DNA of 33,479 bases from a virus, in IMG/VR virus record IMGVR_UViG_3300029825_000030, positions 1 through 33,479 of that record. The stretch is one strand, 5' to 3'. Shown here piece by piece: positions 31,892-33,479 of this stretch. A model generated the notes under the pieces. It did no database searches, was not told where the DNA came from, and worked only from the letters and a program-made list of their open reading frames with translations. The stretch's first letter is position 1. Every line of letters begins with the position of its first letter. Made by a program: the position numbers and the translations under genes.

Positions 31892-31920
31892 GTCGTTCCC
31901 CTCTCTGAGGGGATCCCTCG
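31892..31920 (+). CRISPR. CRISPR repeat-like unit, divergent I-E-like (29 nt): GTCGTTCCCCTCTCTGAGGGGATCCCTCG
   Basis: 7-bp stem TCCCCTC/GAGGGGA with a 3-nt loop. It shares TTCCCC...GGGGAT...CG with unit 31832-31860 (16/29 identical), and the stem differences are compensatory. Confidence 0.45.
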
Positions 31921-31927
31921 ATTTTAG
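31921..31927 (+). terminator. Oligo-T tract (attttag) after the last hairpin; possible archaeal terminator
   Basis: TTTT at 31922-31925 immediately 3' of a stable stem-loop. Confidence 0.3.
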
Positions 31928-31973
31928 TACTCGTCCTCCCTACCCACAACTAGTTTCGTCAAGGTTAACCGGC

Positions 31974-31986
31974 AGTTATATATACT
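31974..31986 (+). promoter_or_regulatory. TATA-like box (agttatatatact) for the plus-strand gene block
   Basis: It lies about 45 nt upstream of the ATG at 32027, with an SD-like AGAGGTGA at 32011-32018. Confidence 0.4.
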
Positions 31987-32026
31987 TGTATATCCAATAG
32001 ATATATTGTAAGAGGTGAACAAAAAC

Positions 32027-32554
32027 ATGCCTGAAAATTTTGTAGGGAAGATTGAGGACGGCGCGATGGTCGAGGCCCCTATCTACGAGGCCCACTCTCG
32101 CGGCAAGAACTGGATGGCGACGATCGAGGCAGACCCGGCAGCCCCCGGGGGCCTGGCGCGAGAGTTTGTCAGGAACGGGCGCGGCCGGTATCTCTATATC
32201 GTCGGCCCGGAGGTCGTCGGCAAGGCGGTCGAGATCGCTGCTGACTACACAAATAGCAGCGGCAAGCGGCGCCCGCACCGCTGGTATGGGGTGGTGCGGA
32301 ACGTGACCGACCGGGAGATCGTAATTGACCGCCACGAGACTTCGGAGCAGGCGATCAGGGCTGCACGGTCTCGCGCGGCGTTCGACGCGCAGATCCGCGA
32401 CCACTTTGAACATATCAAGCCCGATACCGGAGATGTCTCTGACTACTCCGTCCACGACACCGTTGCCCCCGACCGGGTGGCGCTGGAGGAGGAGCGGGCG
32501 CGGCTGCTCGCCCGGGTCGCGGAGATCGACGCGGTGCTCGGGGGTGGGGAGTAA
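32027..32554 (+). CDS. Hypothetical protein (175 aa from MPENFVGK)
   Basis: The track ORF starts at GTG 32015. I prefer the ATG at 32027 because AGAGGTGA lies 8 nt upstream. There is a C-terminal coiled-coil (ALEEERARLLARVAEIDAVL). Confidence 0.6.
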   Translation: MPENFVGKIEDGAMVEAPIYEAHSRGKNWMATIEADPAAPGGLAREFVRNGRGRYLYIVGPEVVGKAVEIAADYTNSSGKRRPHRWYGVVRNVTDREIVIDRHETSEQAIRAARSRAAFDAQIRDHFEHIKPDTGDVSDYSVHDTVAPDRVALEEERARLLARVAEIDAVLGGGE

Positions 32555-32767
32555 ATGTACGAAATGTATCGCATCGTCGCGCAGCGAAACGACGATATCG
32601 CTGAGTTCCGCGTGCGCGGAACCTCTCACACCCAGCATGTGTGGAACAAAACACGCATCAACGATCTGGCAGAGCCAGCCGCGAGGAGGATCCATGACCT
32701 AAAATCCAGTGGATACACCGTCCGTGTGGAAATCGCGGGGCGGCTAATAGGGGTCGAAAATCAGTAG
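32555..32767 (+). CDS. Hypothetical small protein (70 aa)
   Basis: The ORF starts one nt after the upstream stop (TAAATG). Confidence 0.5.
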   Translation: MYEMYRIVAQRNDDIAEFRVRGTSHTQHVWNKTRINDLAEPAARRIHDLKSSGYTVRVEIAGRLIGVENQ

Positions 32768-32779
32768 GCGGGGATTGAA

Positions 32780-33232
32780 ATGGGGTACAAAACTATCACC
32801 ACTACGCACGCGCGGTACACTGCGCATGTATCGACGTCAGACAAACTGATTGGGCTCATGAACGCACCGTATGAGAAAACCCTCACGGTGCACGACGGGG
32901 GCCTGTGGCGGGTCGAGGATTGGCTCTCTGGGGGAGTCAAGGAGATCAGCCCCGAGACCACGGATGCCGCGATCGAGTCGCTCGCCGACATGATCGTCGA
33001 CGAGGCTGCGGCTGAAAACGTGGTGGTTGTCGCGGGGCGCGAGGCCGTCCGGGCCTACCTCCTCGACTATCGACAGGAGCTCCGCGACGCGATCCCGGAG
33101 CCGGACTGCTACCAGATCAGAGGATACGTCGTGCTGGAGGGCACCGCTAAAAATTTCGGGGGCACGGCGCACGTCACGGTGCCGCGGAAATACTCCGGTA
33201 AGCGGGTCAAGATTGTGGTGCTGGAGCCCTGA
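32780..33232 (+). CDS. Protein with a C-terminal AbrB/SpoVT-like DUF2080-type domain (the archaeal transposase-associated family)
   Basis: 150 aa. The C-terminal IRGYVVLEGTAKNFGGTAHVTVPRKYSGKRVKIVVLEP matches the DUF2080 pattern as I remember it (..V.pfGnSa.V.vPk.w.GkkVkvvv). That family is normally a ~50-aa protein encoded just upstream of archaeal tnpB, as here. Confidence 0.55.
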   Translation: MGYKTITTTHARYTAHVSTSDKLIGLMNAPYEKTLTVHDGGLWRVEDWLSGGVKEISPETTDAAIESLADMIVDEAAAENVVVVAGREAVRAYLLDYRQELRDAIPEPDCYQIRGYVVLEGTAKNFGGTAHVTVPRKYSGKRVKIVVLEP

Positions 33233-33238
33233 GACTTC

Positions 33239-33254
33239 CCGGCAAATTTGCCGG
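33239..33254. terminator. Perfect 16-bp palindrome CCGGCAAATTTGCCGG; possible bidirectional terminator or protein-binding site
   Basis: It lies 7 nt after the stop of 32780-33232, between genes that would have been convergent before the IS insertion. Confidence 0.35.
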
Positions 33255-33316
33255 AATGTTCAGAGGTTGGCTTTCCGGGCGTCGAACGACCCGATCACGA
33301 TCAAACAGGCAGGAAG

Positions 33317-33336
33317 CCCACGACTTTAGTCGTGGG
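33317..33336 (+). repeat. IS left-end subterminal hairpin cccacgac-ttta-gtcgtggg
   Basis: Perfect 8-bp stem with a 4-nt ttta loop, in context aagCCCACGACtttaGTCGTGGGag. It has the same design as the hairpin at 1120-1139. Confidence 0.75.
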
Positions 33337-33356
33337 AGGAATGCCGTCATAAGAAT

Positions 33357-33367
33357 CTATTTATACC
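33357..33367 (+). promoter_or_regulatory. TATA-like box (ctatttatacc) about 30 nt upstream of the tnpB ATG
   Basis: AT-rich TTTATAC motif at 33360-33366, with the ATG at 33393 (equivalent to position 13). Confidence 0.35.
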
Positions 33368-33380
33368 TATAGAGCCAAGT

Positions 33381-33479
33381 ATTCTATATACTATGCTACT
33401 AACGGTAAAGGTGAAGTTACTGACGTCGCAGGCGCAACACGACGACCTCCTGAAGACAATGGAGCGCTTCAACGAAGCC
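33381..33479. repeat. Terminal overlap identical to 1-99. It contains a duplicate of the tnpB start (ATG at 33393) and is not a second gene copy.
   Basis: Same 99 nt as the window start. Confidence 0.95.

Larger units (their letters stand above)
31779..31927 (+). ncRNA. Candidate ~150-nt structured RNA made of four consecutive stem-loops (CRISPR-repeat mimics)
   Basis: Non-coding stretch in the divergent intergenic region. It holds four hairpins with 6-7-bp stems, has a TATA-like box upstream and a TTTT tract at 31922-31925 downstream. Confidence 0.45.
33300..33479 (+). mobile_element. Left part of the same IS element: LE hairpin, tnpB promoter and tnpB 5' end. It continues at position 1 across the circular junction.
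   Basis: The LE hairpin at 33317-33336 resembles the RE hairpin, and an AT-rich TATA-containing stretch precedes the tnpB ATG. The left boundary is approximate. Confidence 0.6.

Noticed and set aside
31781-31920. A bona fide CRISPR array
   Set aside because: There are only three repeat-like units. They are not identical to each other and belong to at least two different repeat architectures. The spacing is irregular (19 nt and 31 nt), and no cas genes occur in the 33-kb genome. I therefore treat them as solitary repeat mimics or a mini-array, not as a host-type array.
33393-33479. A second, truncated tnpB copy at the window end
   Set aside because: It is part of the exact 99-bp terminal overlap with positions 13-99. 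It is the same gene seen twice because the circular contig was linearised with redundancy.

Overview
The window is a closed circular replicon. Bases 1-99 are identical to 33381-33479, giving a unit length of 33,380 bp. It is a head-tailed virus with an HK97-fold capsid and siphovirus-like tail, or a virus-derived episome. I infer an archaeal, methanogen-like host (not proven) from four observations: about 62% GC without the acidic proteome of halophiles, TATA-like boxes at a fixed ~21-nt spacing from start codons, a DUF2080-like domain, and an archaeal-style TnpB. About 55 genes lie almost entirely on the minus strand in translationally coupled chains with ATGA/GTGA overlaps. The early/replication module (31648 down to 19062) encodes an RHH regulator, zinc-ribbon proteins, a HicB-like protein, RecT, an ATP-dependent RNA ligase, two paralogous HTH proteins, a C5 DNA methyltransferase, a 32-aa TM micro-ORF, a radical SAM enzyme, an ASCH-like protein, a D5/P4 SF3 helicase and a deoxyribosyltransferase-like protein. 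A ~550-bp non-coding, repeat-rich, ori-like region sits at 20400-20950. The packaging and morphogenesis module (18585 down to 1070) encodes TerS, TerL, portal, Mu-F-like protein, protease/scaffold, decoration protein, major capsid protein, connectors, major tail protein, a G/GT chaperone pair with a -1 frameshift, tape measure, Dit, a LamG/Gp37-like tail protein and a fibre. A short plus-strand block (32027-33232) is followed by a low-GC TnpB-only IS200/IS605 element that spans the contig junction. The most unusual signal is the divergent intergenic region 31779-31927. It carries a tandem of CRISPR-repeat-like stem-loops (one type I-C-like, two type I-E-like, one unassigned) with no cas genes, suggesting virus-encoded solitary repeat units, an RNA anti-CRISPR or a mini-array. 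No integrase, tRNA, rRNA or recognisable lysis enzyme was found. All functional calls rest on motif recognition by eye; no database search was possible.
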